A DNA stretch of 58,517 nt from Bacteroidota bacterium (GTDB lineage Bacteria > Bacteroidota > Ignavibacteria > UBA10030 > JAZGDE01). The position numbers and the translations under genes were made by a program. Positions within the stretch are counted from its first letter, which is position 1, and each line of letters starts with the position of its first letter. The stretch spans positions 1 through 58,517 of the forward strand of contig JAZGDE010000048.1 in the NCBI GenBank assembly GCA_036477295.1, written 5' to 3'. Positions 44,730 through 56,132 of the stretch are shown here, in pieces. A model generated the notes under the pieces. That model was not told where the DNA came from, searched no databases, and saw nothing but the letters and a program-made list of their open reading frames with translations.

Positions 44730-45365
44730 TTGTTGGAATACCTTGTAATACTGCTCGTTGGCTATTGCCTCGGTTCATTGCCCACCGCGTATTTTGCGGT
44801 TCGTTGGAAGCTCCACCAGGACATACGACAGCTAGGCAGTGGAAACGTCGGTGCGCTGAATTGCTACCACGTGACCGGCTCGAAGATCCTGGGGCTTACG
44901 GTGTTTATCGTAGACGTCGCGAAAGGTGTTTGTGTTCTTCTGATTGTTGAAAGTCTCTATGGAGTTGAGTTCTGGAATCTCGGGTTGTGTGGCCTTGCGG
45001 CCGTCGGAGGACACAATTACCCCCTCTGGCTAAAATTTCGTGGGGGAAGGGGACTGGCTACTTCGACGGGTGTGATGCTCGTGCTTGGATGGCCGTTGAT
45101 GCTCCTTTGGATAGTGCTGTGGCTTATGGCGTATTGGAAAACCCATGATATTCTACTCGGAAACGGCTGGGCGACTCTTATCACTCCGATAGTGCTTGTC
45201 GTCACGCCGAGTTCTGCTGTCGGGGTGGCCTCGCCGGAATCCATTCCGGTTGCAGAATTCCTGATCTTCGTGGCGCTGCTGAGTGGGATGGTTCTCACAA
45301 GGCACGTGGGACCGATGATCGTAATTCTCAAGGACCGAAGAAACCAGCGGGTGGAAGCTTCGTAA
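44730..45365 (+). CDS. plsY: glycerol-3-phosphate acyltransferase PlsY
   Basis: Multi-TM with GSGNVGALN and HNYPLWLKFRGGRG motifs. TTG start. Confidence 0.85.
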   Translation: MLEYLVILLVGYCLGSLPTAYFAVRWKLHQDIRQLGSGNVGALNCYHVTGSKILGLTVFIVDVAKGVCVLLIVESLYGVEFWNLGLCGLAAVGGHNYPLWLKFRGGRGLATSTGVMLVLGWPLMLLWIVLWLMAYWKTHDILLGNGWATLITPIVLVVTPSSAVGVASPESIPVAEFLIFVALLSGMVLTRHVGPMIVILKDRRNQRVEAS

Positions 45366-45380
45366 TCAAAGTGTGAGTAC

Positions 45381-46364
45381 ATGCCCGGAAAAGTGTACGT
45401 TAGCCGTGAACTCCCCCCTAAAGTGATGGAAACGCTCCGTGCTGCGGCAGAGATTTCCGGATTGGGGGTGAACCAGCACGATCGGCCAGTCTCGAGAAGT
45501 GAACTGATGGAAGGGACACGCTGGTGCGATGTATTGGTCTCACAACTCATCGACCGAATCGACGCGGAGATGTTTGACGTGAATCCGAGGCTGAAGCTAG
45601 TGGCCAACTATGCGGTCGGGTTTGACAATATTGAGATTGCAGAGGCGTCACGGCGAAGAATTCCTGTCTCGAACACGCCGGGCGTGCTGACCGAGACTAC
45701 AGCCGACCTGACGTGGGCGCTCATCATGTCGGTTGCCCGACGGGTAGTTGGAGCGGATACGTTCATGCGCGCAGGGAAGTATGAGGGATGGGCACCCATG
45801 CTCCATCTGGGACAGGACGTGTATGGAAAGACGCTGGGGATCGTCGGATTGGGCCGGATCGGCTATGCAGTTGCAAAGCGCGCGGGCGGCTTCAGTATGC
45901 GTGTTCTCTACAGCGATGTCGAGCAAAAGCCGTACGACCAGGAAGTGAAGGCGACCTTCGTCGATTTCGAAACACTCCTGCGAGAATCTGACTTCTTGAC
46001 GCTTCATCCCTTTCTGGACTCCGGTTCTCGCCATCTCATCGATGAGCCTCAGCTCAGGATGATGAAACGCACTGCGTACTTGATCAACACAAGCCGAGGT
46101 CCGGTTGTCAACGAAAGGGCTCTTGTGAAGGCTCTCCAGGAGGGTATGATCGCCGGGGCCGGGTTGGATGTGTATGAACGTGAGCCGAAAATGGAGCCTG
46201 AACTGGCGAAACTCGAAAGCGCTGTTGTGCTGCCACATATCGCGAGTGCAACGACCGAGACGCGCACCGCGATGGGGATGATCGTCGTCGAGAATACGCT
46301 TGCTGCGTTGCGCGGTGAAAGGGCACCAACATGCGTGAACCCTAAAGTCTATGATAGAGACTGA
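45381..46364 (+). CDS. D-isomer-specific 2-hydroxyacid dehydrogenase (glyoxylate/hydroxypyruvate reductase-like)
   Basis: NAD motif GIVGLGRIG, plus NTSRGPVV and HIASAT. Confidence 0.85.
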   Translation: MPGKVYVSRELPPKVMETLRAAAEISGLGVNQHDRPVSRSELMEGTRWCDVLVSQLIDRIDAEMFDVNPRLKLVANYAVGFDNIEIAEASRRRIPVSNTPGVLTETTADLTWALIMSVARRVVGADTFMRAGKYEGWAPMLHLGQDVYGKTLGIVGLGRIGYAVAKRAGGFSMRVLYSDVEQKPYDQEVKATFVDFETLLRESDFLTLHPFLDSGSRHLIDEPQLRMMKRTAYLINTSRGPVVNERALVKALQEGMIAGAGLDVYEREPKMEPELAKLESAVVLPHIASATTETRTAMGMIVVENTLAALRGERAPTCVNPKVYDRD

Positions 46365-46659
46365 AACGGAGAATGGGACAAAGACGATCACTTCAGTTGG
46401 CGAATTTCAGGCATCGCACTACTGGAATGGTTCTTTGACTGCTCTGTGCTCCCCGCCTGCGTGTTAGGGGATCGCGAAGACGGGCAGGTGTGGTTGGTTT
46501 CTTTCTTACGTTTTCTTGATTAAACCACCCGGGTCAAAGAGGTTCACAGAGAGTAAATCCTAAATGGAAAACGGGAGTGAAGTTCCCCCCGGCGAATAAC
46601 ACGGTAAGAGATAACGTCTTGTCGAGCGAAAGATCAATGAATTTCGAGGAGAATCAACG

Positions 46660-47877
46660 ATGCGATCGAAATTTGCACTCGCGGTTGTTCTAATCACGAT
46701 CTCGCTGATTATCGGGTTAGCCATCGGATACGGAGTCGGATCGGCGGGAGTTCAGCCGGTGGCATTGGTTGAACAGGACACCGCGCCCTTTGAATGGGTA
46801 CAGACTGCTGAAAGAGACCCGGATCGAGACTCCACACAGAAAGAGATCACTGTTTCTCGGCACAACGCGATCACGAGAGCCGTCTCTCGCACAAGTTCGG
46901 CCGTCGTTGGTGTCAACGTGACGGAGATCCGCGAATACCGTGACCCGTTTTCTTCTTTCTGGGATGATCCCTTCTTTCGCCAATTCTTCGGGGACAGCTT
47001 CTTTGGAAGGAGATCGTATAAACAGGAGGTGAAGGGATTAGGATCCGGTTTCCTCATTTCTCCCGATGGCTACGTCGTGACGAATGACCACGTCGCGGGT
47101 AGTGCAGTGAAGATTACTCTAACCCTAACGAGCGGCGAAAAATACGAGGCTCAACTCATCGGGAGCGATCCTGTTTCAGATGTAGCACTCCTGAAGATCG
47201 ACGGGAACAATCTGCCGTATCTCAAGTTCGGCGACTCAGACGACGTAATCATCGGGGAATGGGTTATTGCTCTTGGAAATCCGTTCGGTCTGTTTGAGAT
47301 CAATGATAAGCCAACGGTGACAGTTGGAGTGGTGAGTTCGACGGGGTTGAACCTCACCGCCGGAGAAAATCGAGTGTACCGTGACATGATCCAGACTGAC
47401 GCTGCGATCAACAGGGGAAATAGCGGAGGCCCACTCCTGAACAGCCTCGGCAAGGTGATCGGCGTGAACACGATCATCTATTCACCAAACCAGGGCAGCG
47501 TCGGAGTGGGATTCGCGATTCCGATCAATCGGGTGAAGGTGATCCTGAACGAGCTCAAAACGGCGGGAAAGGTCGACCGTAATTTCTGGACGGGCTTCGC
47601 ATACCAACCGGTTGATGTGCGGGTCGCGAGCTACTTTGGACTCGACCAGGCCGTCGGCGTGATCGTGACGGAGGTCGCGAAGAACAGTCCCGCGGAGAAG
47701 GCGGGACTCAAACCCGGCGACATCATTTTGGAGGCGAACGGTCAGCGGATCCTGAACGAAACCGGTTTCCGCGCGTTCCTGGTCGACCTCCGCGCGGGCG
47801 ATCGAATCAAGCTCAAGGTCTACCGAGAGAAGAAAACATTTACTACGGACTTGACGGTGGAGCGCCGTTCGGCATAA
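46660..47877 (+). CDS. htrA: HtrA/DegP-family serine protease with one PDZ domain
   Basis: N-terminal TM, catalytic triad context TNDHV / DVALLKI / GNSGGPL, and a C-terminal PDZ (GLKPGDIILEANG). Confidence 0.85.
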   Translation: MRSKFALAVVLITISLIIGLAIGYGVGSAGVQPVALVEQDTAPFEWVQTAERDPDRDSTQKEITVSRHNAITRAVSRTSSAVVGVNVTEIREYRDPFSSFWDDPFFRQFFGDSFFGRRSYKQEVKGLGSGFLISPDGYVVTNDHVAGSAVKITLTLTSGEKYEAQLIGSDPVSDVALLKIDGNNLPYLKFGDSDDVIIGEWVIALGNPFGLFEINDKPTVTVGVVSSTGLNLTAGENRVYRDMIQTDAAINRGNSGGPLLNSLGKVIGVNTIIYSPNQGSVGVGFAIPINRVKVILNELKTAGKVDRNFWTGFAYQPVDVRVASYFGLDQAVGVIVTEVAKNSPAEKAGLKPGDIILEANGQRILNETGFRAFLVDLRAGDRIKLKVYREKKTFTTDLTVERRSA

Positions 47878-47922
47878 TATGCCACTCCAAATAATTTCAA
47901 TCCCGCTCATTCGAGCGAGAGA

Positions 47923-49253
47923 TTGTTGGAACCGCGCAAGTATCGAGAAAGAGAAGACTTGATCCCACGCTACACGCGCCCAGCAATGGGCAAGATTTGG
48001 ACGGATGAGAACAAGTTTCGCATCTGGCTTGAGATCGAACTTCTCGCCTGTGAAGCGCAGGCGGAGCTCGGCAATGTCCCGCGGGAAGCGGTTCAGGAGA
48101 TTCGCAAGAAGGCGACTTTTGACATCCGTCGGATCGATGAGATCGAGCGTGAAGTGCAGCATGATGTGATTGCGTTCCTCACGAACGTTGGCGAGTCCGT
48201 TGGTCCCTCCTCACGGTACGTCTATCTCGGGATGACGTCCTCCGACGTGCTGGACACTGCTCTGGCACTTCAGATGAAACACTCGGGTGAATTGATCCGC
48301 GAAGACCTGCAGCAGCTGACCGATGTTCTCGGGAAGCGTGCGGTTGAATTCAGGGGCACCCCGATGGTCGGTCGGACCCATGGAGTCCACGCAGAACCGA
48401 TCACCTTTGGACTGAAGCTCGCCCTGTGGTATGAGGAGATTAAGCGTCAGGCCGGTCGATTGAAACGGGCAATTGAGGCAATTGCAGTTGGACCGGTATC
48501 CGGCGCAGTGGGGACGTTTGCTCACGTAGATCCATTCGTGGGACGTTACGTCTGTGAGAAGCTTGGTTTACAACCGGACCCGATTTCCAATCAGGTACTG
48601 CAGCGCGACCGGCACGCGGAATTCCTGAACTCCCTCGCACTCATCGGCTGTTCTCTCGAAAAGATTCGACTGAGATCCGCCATCTTCAGAAAACAGAAGT
48701 CCACGAGGCAGAAGAATATTTCTCGAAGAGTCAGAAGGGCTCCTCCGCGATGCCGCACAAGCGGAATCCAATCACGTGTGAACGGGTCGCCGGCCTTTCC
48801 CGAATTCTCCGGTCGAACGCGCTTGCGGGAATGGAAAGTGTGACGCTCTGGCATGAACGAGACAATTCGCATTCCTCGATCGAGCGAGTGATCATTCCGG
48901 ATTCCTGCTTCCTTGCAGACTACATGATCGCGAGCATGACTCGAGTGATCGAACGCCTCATGGTGTATCCAGAAAACATGGATCGAAACTTGAACATATC
49001 GAGAGGTCTGGTTTTCTCTGAATCCGTCCTCCTCGCCTTGACGAAGGGGGGGATGAAGCGCGGGGAGGCATATCAAATCGTACAGAAACACGCGATCGAT
49101 GCGTGGAACACGAAACAGAATTTTCGGGATCTCCTGAGGTGTGACGAGACAATCAAGCAGCACCTTACCGAGCAGGAATTGAATGAGCTGTTTGATTTGA
49201 ACGGGAGCCTCAAGAACGTAGACACAATCTTTCAGCGTGTAGGTCTGTCCTAA
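47923..49253 (+). pseudogene. purB: adenylosuccinate lyase, frameshifted
   Basis: Collinear PurB sequence split across two frames. ...GCSLEKI ends frame 1 near 48664. The signature TEIRHLQKTEVHEAEEYFSKSQKGSSAMPHKRNP continues in the -1-shifted frame, consistent with a single-base loss around 48664-48668. Confidence 0.85.
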
Positions 49254-49275
49254 GCCTACGGGGGAACACATCACT

Positions 49276-50760
49276 ATGACAAGAAAGTATCAGAACTTCA
49301 TCAACGGAAAGTGGGTTGACGCAAAGTCCGGTGAGGTATTCGAGAACCGCAACCCCGCAAACTGGAGTGAAGTTATCGGGACATTTCCCAAATCGGGGAA
49401 GGAAGACGTCGACGCAGCCGTACGAGCGGCTCGTGCTGCCTTTGAGAAGTGGCGGCTCATTCCGGCACCGCGCCGCGGTGATATCCTACGGAAGGTGGGT
49501 GACATCCTGACCGCGCGGAAGGAGGAACTCGCTCGACTGATGACCCGCGAAATGGGAAAGGTGTTGATGGAAACCCGCGGAGACGTCCAGGAAGGCATTG
49601 ACACCGCCTACTATGCAGCGGGAGAAGGCCGACGCCTGTTTGGCAGAACCGCTGCGTCGGAACTGCCAGACAAATTCAACATGGCAATCCGCGTTCCGGT
49701 TGGAGTCGCGGGGGTTGTGACCCCGTGGAATTTTCCGATGGCGATTCCCACATGGAAAATATTTCCAGCGCTTCTCTGCGGTAACACCGTTGTTTTTAAG
49801 CCTGCATCGGATACACCGGCGTCTGCTACGGCCCTTGTCGAGGTGCTCCTGGAGGCGGGAATACCCAATGGCGTTATGAACATCGTTCACGGTGGTGGCA
49901 ACGTCGTCGGAATGGCGATCGTCGAGCATCCCGATGTCGACCTCATCAGCTTCACAGGCTCGACCCCGGTTGGGAAGAAGATCTCCGCTGCTGCCGCCAA
50001 TACACTCAAGCGCGTCTCGCTGGAACTTGGTGGCAAGAACGCGCAGCTTGTGATGGATGATGCAGATTTGGAGCTTTCGCTAGACGGTGTTCTCTGGGGA
50101 GCGTTCGGAACTACGGGGCAGCGCTGCACGGCAACCAGTCGACTTATTCTCCACGAAAAAATATTCGATACCTTCATGAATATGCTCGTTAGTCGCACGA
50201 AAGAGCTCCGACTCGGAGACGGTCTGAAGGAGACCACCGATGTCGGGCCGGTCGTCAACGAGCAGCAACGGAAGACCATCCATCAGTACGTCGAAATTGG
50301 CACGAAGGAAGGGGCAGAGCTGGTCCTGGGAGGGCAGGTCGCGGCCATTGACGGCTTGAAGGACGGATGGTTTTATCAGCCCACGATCTTTACGGGAGTT
50401 TTTCCAGATATGCGCATCGCGAGGGAGGAAATCTTCGGCCCGGTTCTCACGGTCATCAAGGTGAAATCGCTCGAGGAGGGGATCACGGTTCTCAATAATA
50501 CGATCTATGGTCTGAGCTCTTCGATCTATACTCGAGACATCAACAAAGCGTACGAGGCGATTCGAGACATTAGAGCGGGAATCACGTACATCAACGCTCC
50601 GACCATCGGCGCGGAAGCACACATGCCGTTTGGTGGAGTCAAACAGACAGGGAACGGGCACCGTGAGGGCGGCTGGACCGTGTATGATTTCTTCACGGAA
50701 TGGAAGACCGTCTACGTGGACTACAGCGGTCGCATACAGCGAGCCCAGATCGACACCTAA
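49276..50760 (+). CDS. NAD(P)-dependent aldehyde dehydrogenase (by context, candidate alpha-aminoadipate-semialdehyde/P6C dehydrogenase)
   Basis: ALDH motifs FTGSTPVG, ELGGKN, the catalytic GQRCTA and EEIFGPV. It lies immediately upstream of lysine 6-transaminase. Confidence 0.85.
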   Translation: MTRKYQNFINGKWVDAKSGEVFENRNPANWSEVIGTFPKSGKEDVDAAVRAARAAFEKWRLIPAPRRGDILRKVGDILTARKEELARLMTREMGKVLMETRGDVQEGIDTAYYAAGEGRRLFGRTAASELPDKFNMAIRVPVGVAGVVTPWNFPMAIPTWKIFPALLCGNTVVFKPASDTPASATALVEVLLEAGIPNGVMNIVHGGGNVVGMAIVEHPDVDLISFTGSTPVGKKISAAAANTLKRVSLELGGKNAQLVMDDADLELSLDGVLWGAFGTTGQRCTATSRLILHEKIFDTFMNMLVSRTKELRLGDGLKETTDVGPVVNEQQRKTIHQYVEIGTKEGAELVLGGQVAAIDGLKDGWFYQPTIFTGVFPDMRIAREEIFGPVLTVIKVKSLEEGITVLNNTIYGLSSSIYTRDINKAYEAIRDIRAGITYINAPTIGAEAHMPFGGVKQTGNGHREGGWTVYDFFTEWKTVYVDYSGRIQRAQIDT

Positions 50761-50773
50761 TAATCAGTAGCGA

Positions 50774-52159
50774 GTGGTGAACTTCAGCATGGAGCGGATA
50801 AATTCACAGACGGGTAAACCGACGACCAAGAACGTGGTCAAGGTTCGGCCCGAAAAGGTGCGGGAAAGCCTGTCAAAGCATGTCCTCATGGACGGGATGG
50901 ATGTGGTAGTGGACATTGATCGAAGCGAAGGCGCATACATTTACGACGCGAAATCTCATCGCAAGTATCTTGACTTCTTTACGTTTGTTGCCTCCTCACC
51001 GATTGGGCTAAATCACCCGAAGATGCGGGAGCCCGATTTCCTGGAGCGACTTACCCGAGCGGCGGTAATCAAACCGTCAAACTCCGACATCTACACTGTA
51101 GAAATGGCGGAGTTTGTCGAGACGTTTTGCCAGATTGCGATGCCATCCTATCTTCCGCACGCATTCTTCATCGAGGGCGGAGCACTCGGTGTGGAGAATG
51201 CCCTGAAGACTGCCTTCGATTGGAAGATTCGAAAGAATTTCGAAAAGGGGTACAAGGAGGAACGTGGTACGCAGGTGGTACACTTCCGGGATTGTTTCCA
51301 CGGTCGGACTGGTTACACGCTCTCCCTGACGAACACCGAGCCGGCGAAGACCGATTTGTTTCCGAAGTTTCGATGGCCGCGTATCCCGAGCCCTGCAATA
51401 CAATTTCCTCTCACCCATGAAAACCTGAAAGCCGTGGAGAAAGCTGAGCGAACCGCGCTCGATTGCATTCACGATGCGATCCGGACGAACGTGGATGATA
51501 TCGCTGCGATCATCATCGAGCCTGTTCAGGGAGAGGGGGGCGACAACCATTTTCGGAAGGAGTTCTTTGAGGAGCTGCGGGCGATCGCTGACGAGCATGA
51601 AATCATGCTCATCTTCGACGAGGTTCAGACCGGAATCGGGTTGACCGGCAAAATGTGGGCACACGAATACTTTGTGAAACCCGACATGCTGGCGTTCGGT
51701 AAGAAGACGCAGGTGTGCGGATTCCTTTGCAGTCGTCGTGTCGATGAGGTGCCCGACAATGTCTTCAAGGTCCCGGGTCGTTTGAATTCGACCTGGGGTG
51801 GAAGTTTGGTGGACATGGCGCGTTCACAGCGCTACCTGGAGGTGATCGAGGAGGAGCAGTTGGTGGAGAACGCTCGGACGATGGGTGAATATCTCAGGAA
51901 AAATCTCGAAGAAGTTCAGGAGGAATTTGGCGCCCTAGTGGGCAATGCGCGCGGGAGGGGGCTGCTCTGTGCCTTCGACTTGAACTCTCGTCAACAGCGC
52001 GACCTCGTCAAGACCAAGTGCTTCGAAAAGGGGTTGATTGTGCTCGGGTCTGGGGAACAGGCCATTCGGTTCCGCCCGCCGCTGACCGTCAAGAAAGAAG
52101 AGCTGGAGAAGGGCCTCGAGATCATCCGGGACGTGCTGTCCGAAATAAGCGAGGATTGA
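50774..52159 (+). CDS. lat: L-lysine 6-transaminase (class III aminotransferase)
   Basis: Collinear with LAT-type enzymes: FFTFVASSPIGLNHP, CFHGRTGYTLSLTN, EPVQGEGGDNHF, FDEVQTG and the PLP-Lys region AFGKKTQ. GTG start, with an alternative ATG at 50789. Confidence 0.8.
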   Translation: MVNFSMERINSQTGKPTTKNVVKVRPEKVRESLSKHVLMDGMDVVVDIDRSEGAYIYDAKSHRKYLDFFTFVASSPIGLNHPKMREPDFLERLTRAAVIKPSNSDIYTVEMAEFVETFCQIAMPSYLPHAFFIEGGALGVENALKTAFDWKIRKNFEKGYKEERGTQVVHFRDCFHGRTGYTLSLTNTEPAKTDLFPKFRWPRIPSPAIQFPLTHENLKAVEKAERTALDCIHDAIRTNVDDIAAIIIEPVQGEGGDNHFRKEFFEELRAIADEHEIMLIFDEVQTGIGLTGKMWAHEYFVKPDMLAFGKKTQVCGFLCSRRVDEVPDNVFKVPGRLNSTWGGSLVDMARSQRYLEVIEEEQLVENARTMGEYLRKNLEEVQEEFGALVGNARGRGLLCAFDLNSRQQRDLVKTKCFEKGLIVLGSGEQAIRFRPPLTVKKEELEKGLEIIRDVLSEISED

Positions 52160-52161
52160 GG

Positions 52162-53004
52162 ATGGAAGTTTTGACGAAGAATACGGGTTTGCTCGCGATC
52201 AACACGAAGCAAATTCGAAAACTGCTGGTCGATTTCCTTAGCGACGAGATCCGTAATGTGGGCTCGGAACGCGGAGTCGTTGGCCTCTCGGGCGGAGTGG
52301 ATTCTGCAGTCTCCTGCTTTCTGGCGGTAGAGGCCCTCGGAAAACGCAATGTGCTGGCGGTCTTGATGCCGTACAAGGCCAGCAGTCCGCAAAGTCTCGA
52401 CGATGCCCAGTTGGTGGTGAAGCAGCTCGGCATCCGAAGCGAGATCGTGGACATCACTCCGATGGTCGACGCGTTTGGTGCGAGCGCATCTCATCTCGAC
52501 AGGATACGCAAAGGCAACATCATGGCCCGCGCGCGCATGATCGTACTGTACGACCGGTCCGCACGGGAGAAAGGATTGGTGGTCGGGACGGGCAACAAAA
52601 CAGAGATACTGCTCGGTTATACCACACATTTCGGTGACGACGCCTGCGGAGTCAATCCGGTTGGAGATCTGTACAAGTCGCAGCTGTGGGAACTTGCGAA
52701 GGAACTTGGGGTGCCGGAGAACATCATCAGGAAGATACCGACAGCAGATTTGTGGGAGGGACAGACTGATGAAGGAGAGCTGGGCGTATCGTATCGAAAG
52801 GTCGATCGGCTTCTGTTTCACTTGGTCGATGAGCGGAAGTCTGACAAAGAGCTCCGGCTGCTCGGATTTGATCGTGCGCTCATGGAAAAAGTGAAGGGAC
52901 TGATTCAGCGGAATCAGTTCAAACGCCGCCCCCCCGTGATTGCCAAGGTTTCCTACCGCACCGTGAACGTCGACTTCCGCTACGCGCGAGACTGGGGAAC
53001 ATAA
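52162..53004 (+). CDS. nadE: ammonia-dependent NAD+ synthetase
   Basis: PP-loop SGGVDS, plus GTGNKTE and the conserved KRRPP near the C-terminus. Start set at the Met just after the lat stop. The ORF extends upstream to 52018. Confidence 0.85.
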   Translation: MEVLTKNTGLLAINTKQIRKLLVDFLSDEIRNVGSERGVVGLSGGVDSAVSCFLAVEALGKRNVLAVLMPYKASSPQSLDDAQLVVKQLGIRSEIVDITPMVDAFGASASHLDRIRKGNIMARARMIVLYDRSAREKGLVVGTGNKTEILLGYTTHFGDDACGVNPVGDLYKSQLWELAKELGVPENIIRKIPTADLWEGQTDEGELGVSYRKVDRLLFHLVDERKSDKELRLLGFDRALMEKVKGLIQRNQFKRRPPVIAKVSYRTVNVDFRYARDWGT

Positions 53005-53017
53005 AAGATTCCGGCGA

Positions 53018-53800
53018 ATGGATGTCGCAAACACCGCCATGTCTGCCTGCCCTTGTACCAGCCGACGCTGGAGGCAAGTGGGGATTTCGAACGCGGTCCG
53101 GCGGGGCACAATCTACCTCGTCAGCACGCCCATCGGCAACCTCGAGGACATTTCCTTCCGTGCGGTAAAGGTTCTCTCGCATGTCAATTTGATAGCTGCA
53201 GAGGACACCCGGACGACGAAGATCCTGCTCGACCGTTACAACATCAGGACCCACACGGTCAGTTATTTCAGTCATAACGAGGTCAAGCGCATTCCCTACT
53301 TGATCGACCGATTAGAGCAGGGTGATTCGATCGCGGTCGTCACGGATTCCGGGACTCCCGGTATTTCGGACCCTGCGTACCGACTCGTTCGAGCTGTGCT
53401 CGATCGTGAGATTCCGCTCGTTGTGCTTCCTGGCCCGACTGCTTTTCTTTCTGCGTTTATCCTGAGCGGCTTTCCGGACGATGCATTCGTTTTCGAGGGC
53501 TTCCTCCCCCACAAGAAAGGCAGGACGAAGCTTTTCGAACAGCTCAAGAACGAGACGAAACTTATCATTCTGTACGAATCCCCCCATCGCATTCTGCGGA
53601 CGTTGCGTGACCTCCTGCATCACCTCGGTGACCGCCGGATAGTTGTTGGGCGCGAGCTGACAAAAAAATTCGAAGAAGTTCTTCGAGGGAGAATCTCCGA
53701 AGTTTACTCGCGTCTCTCGGCTCGGACGGTCAGGGGAGAGTTCGTTCTCGTGGTTGAAGGGAAAACCAAGGCCGACCGTCCACGGAAGGAAGACACTTGA
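53018..53800 (+). CDS. rsmI: 16S rRNA (cytidine1402-2'-O)-methyltransferase RsmI
   Basis: TIYLVSTPIGNLEDIS, AEDTR, SDSGTPGISDP and YESPHR. The exact start is uncertain. Confidence 0.85.
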   Translation: MDVANTAMSACPCTSRRWRQVGISNAVRRGTIYLVSTPIGNLEDISFRAVKVLSHVNLIAAEDTRTTKILLDRYNIRTHTVSYFSHNEVKRIPYLIDRLEQGDSIAVVTDSGTPGISDPAYRLVRAVLDREIPLVVLPGPTAFLSAFILSGFPDDAFVFEGFLPHKKGRTKLFEQLKNETKLIILYESPHRILRTLRDLLHHLGDRRIVVGRELTKKFEEVLRGRISEVYSRLSARTVRGEFVLVVEGKTKADRPRKEDT

Positions 53801-53825
53801 CAAATACATCAGTTTCGCTTATATT
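53797..53825 (+). promoter_or_regulatory. sigma70-type promoter of groES-groEL
   Basis: TTGACA-N17-TATATT, immediately followed by CIRCE. Confidence 0.55.
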
Positions 53826-53826
53826 G

Positions 53827-53853
53827 TTAGCACTCTCTTAAGTTGAGTGCTAA
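53827..53853. promoter_or_regulatory. CIRCE operator (HrcA binding site)
   Basis: TTAGCACTC-N9-GAGTGCTAA, a perfect match to the consensus, ~100 nt upstream of groES. Confidence 0.9.
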
Positions 53854-53949
53854 CCAGAAGTTCCACTTACCGCTCAGACATCCCATGCATATTCATAATG
53901 AGCTGTTTCTTAAAGACTTACACTAAAATAATTAGGGGAGGTGTAGCAT

Positions 53950-54252
53950 ATGAAGATTCGACCTTTGTCTGATCGAATTGTGATCAGACCAGCCCAAGCA
54001 GAGGAAAAGACAAAGGGGGGTATCATTGTTCCGGACACCGCTAAGGATAAGCCGGTCAGAGGAGAGATCACGGCGGCGGGACCGGGGAAGACGTCGGAGG
54101 ATGGAAAGAGAATTCCGCTCGATCTGAAGGTGGGTGATAATGTCCTGTACGGAAAGTATTCCGGGACCGAAGTGACGGTCGACGAGGAAGATCTACTGAT
54201 TATGCGTGAGAGCGATGTGTTTGCGATCCTGACCGACGGGAAGGCAAAATAA
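53950..54252 (+). CDS. groES: co-chaperonin GroES
   Basis: [14 protein letters not shown]...[13 protein letters not shown], with a strong GGGGAGGTG Shine-Dalgarno. Confidence 0.95.
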   Translation: MKIRPLSDRIVIRPAQAEEKTKGGIIVPDTAKDKPVRGEITAAGPGKTSEDGKRIPLDLKVGDNVLYGKYSGTEVTVDEEDLLIMRESDVFAILTDGKAK

Positions 54253-54324
54253 TCCGAGAGTGTAAACTGACCTGCCAGTCCGCGGAGCGGGCTGGTTCAA
54301 CAACATCGTAACAAGGAGAGATGA

Positions 54325-55959
<1,635 letters not shown>

Positions 55960-56022
55960 GCTCGTCAGAGCGAATCGAGTGAGAGTCCGTCCCTTGGGCA
56001 GCAGCGGAACGGACTCCGTAGG

Positions 56023-56057
56023 AACCCCCCGATTGGTGTCGGGGGGTTTTCGTTTTT
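56023..56057 (+). terminator. rho-independent terminator after groEL
   Basis: aaccccccga-uuggug-ucgggggguu (10 bp) followed by uucguuuuu. It is preceded by a second 8-bp hairpin (gaguccgu...acggacuc). Confidence 0.8.
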
Positions 56058-56132
56058 ATGCATCTTGCTCTTCCTCGTGAAAACTTCTACCTTGGAAAAG
56101 GATTTCCTTCCAACTTCCTCGAGGATAAAGTG

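Noticed and set aside
45017-46391. 196-aa and 247-aa minus-strand ORFs
   Set aside because: They are antisense to plsY and the 2-hydroxyacid dehydrogenase gene, with no family resemblance.
46398-46414. Sigma54-like TGGCGAatttcaGGCAT ~245 nt upstream of htrA
   Set aside because: It has GG-N10-GC spacing, but both half-sites deviate (TGGCGA, GGCAT). It is too weak to call without a PWM score.
48591-49274. 227-aa minus-strand ORF
   Set aside because: It is antisense to the purB pseudogene.
51991-53109. 372-aa minus-strand ORF
   Set aside because: It is antisense to the lat 3' end and nadE, and both sense genes carry clear family motifs.
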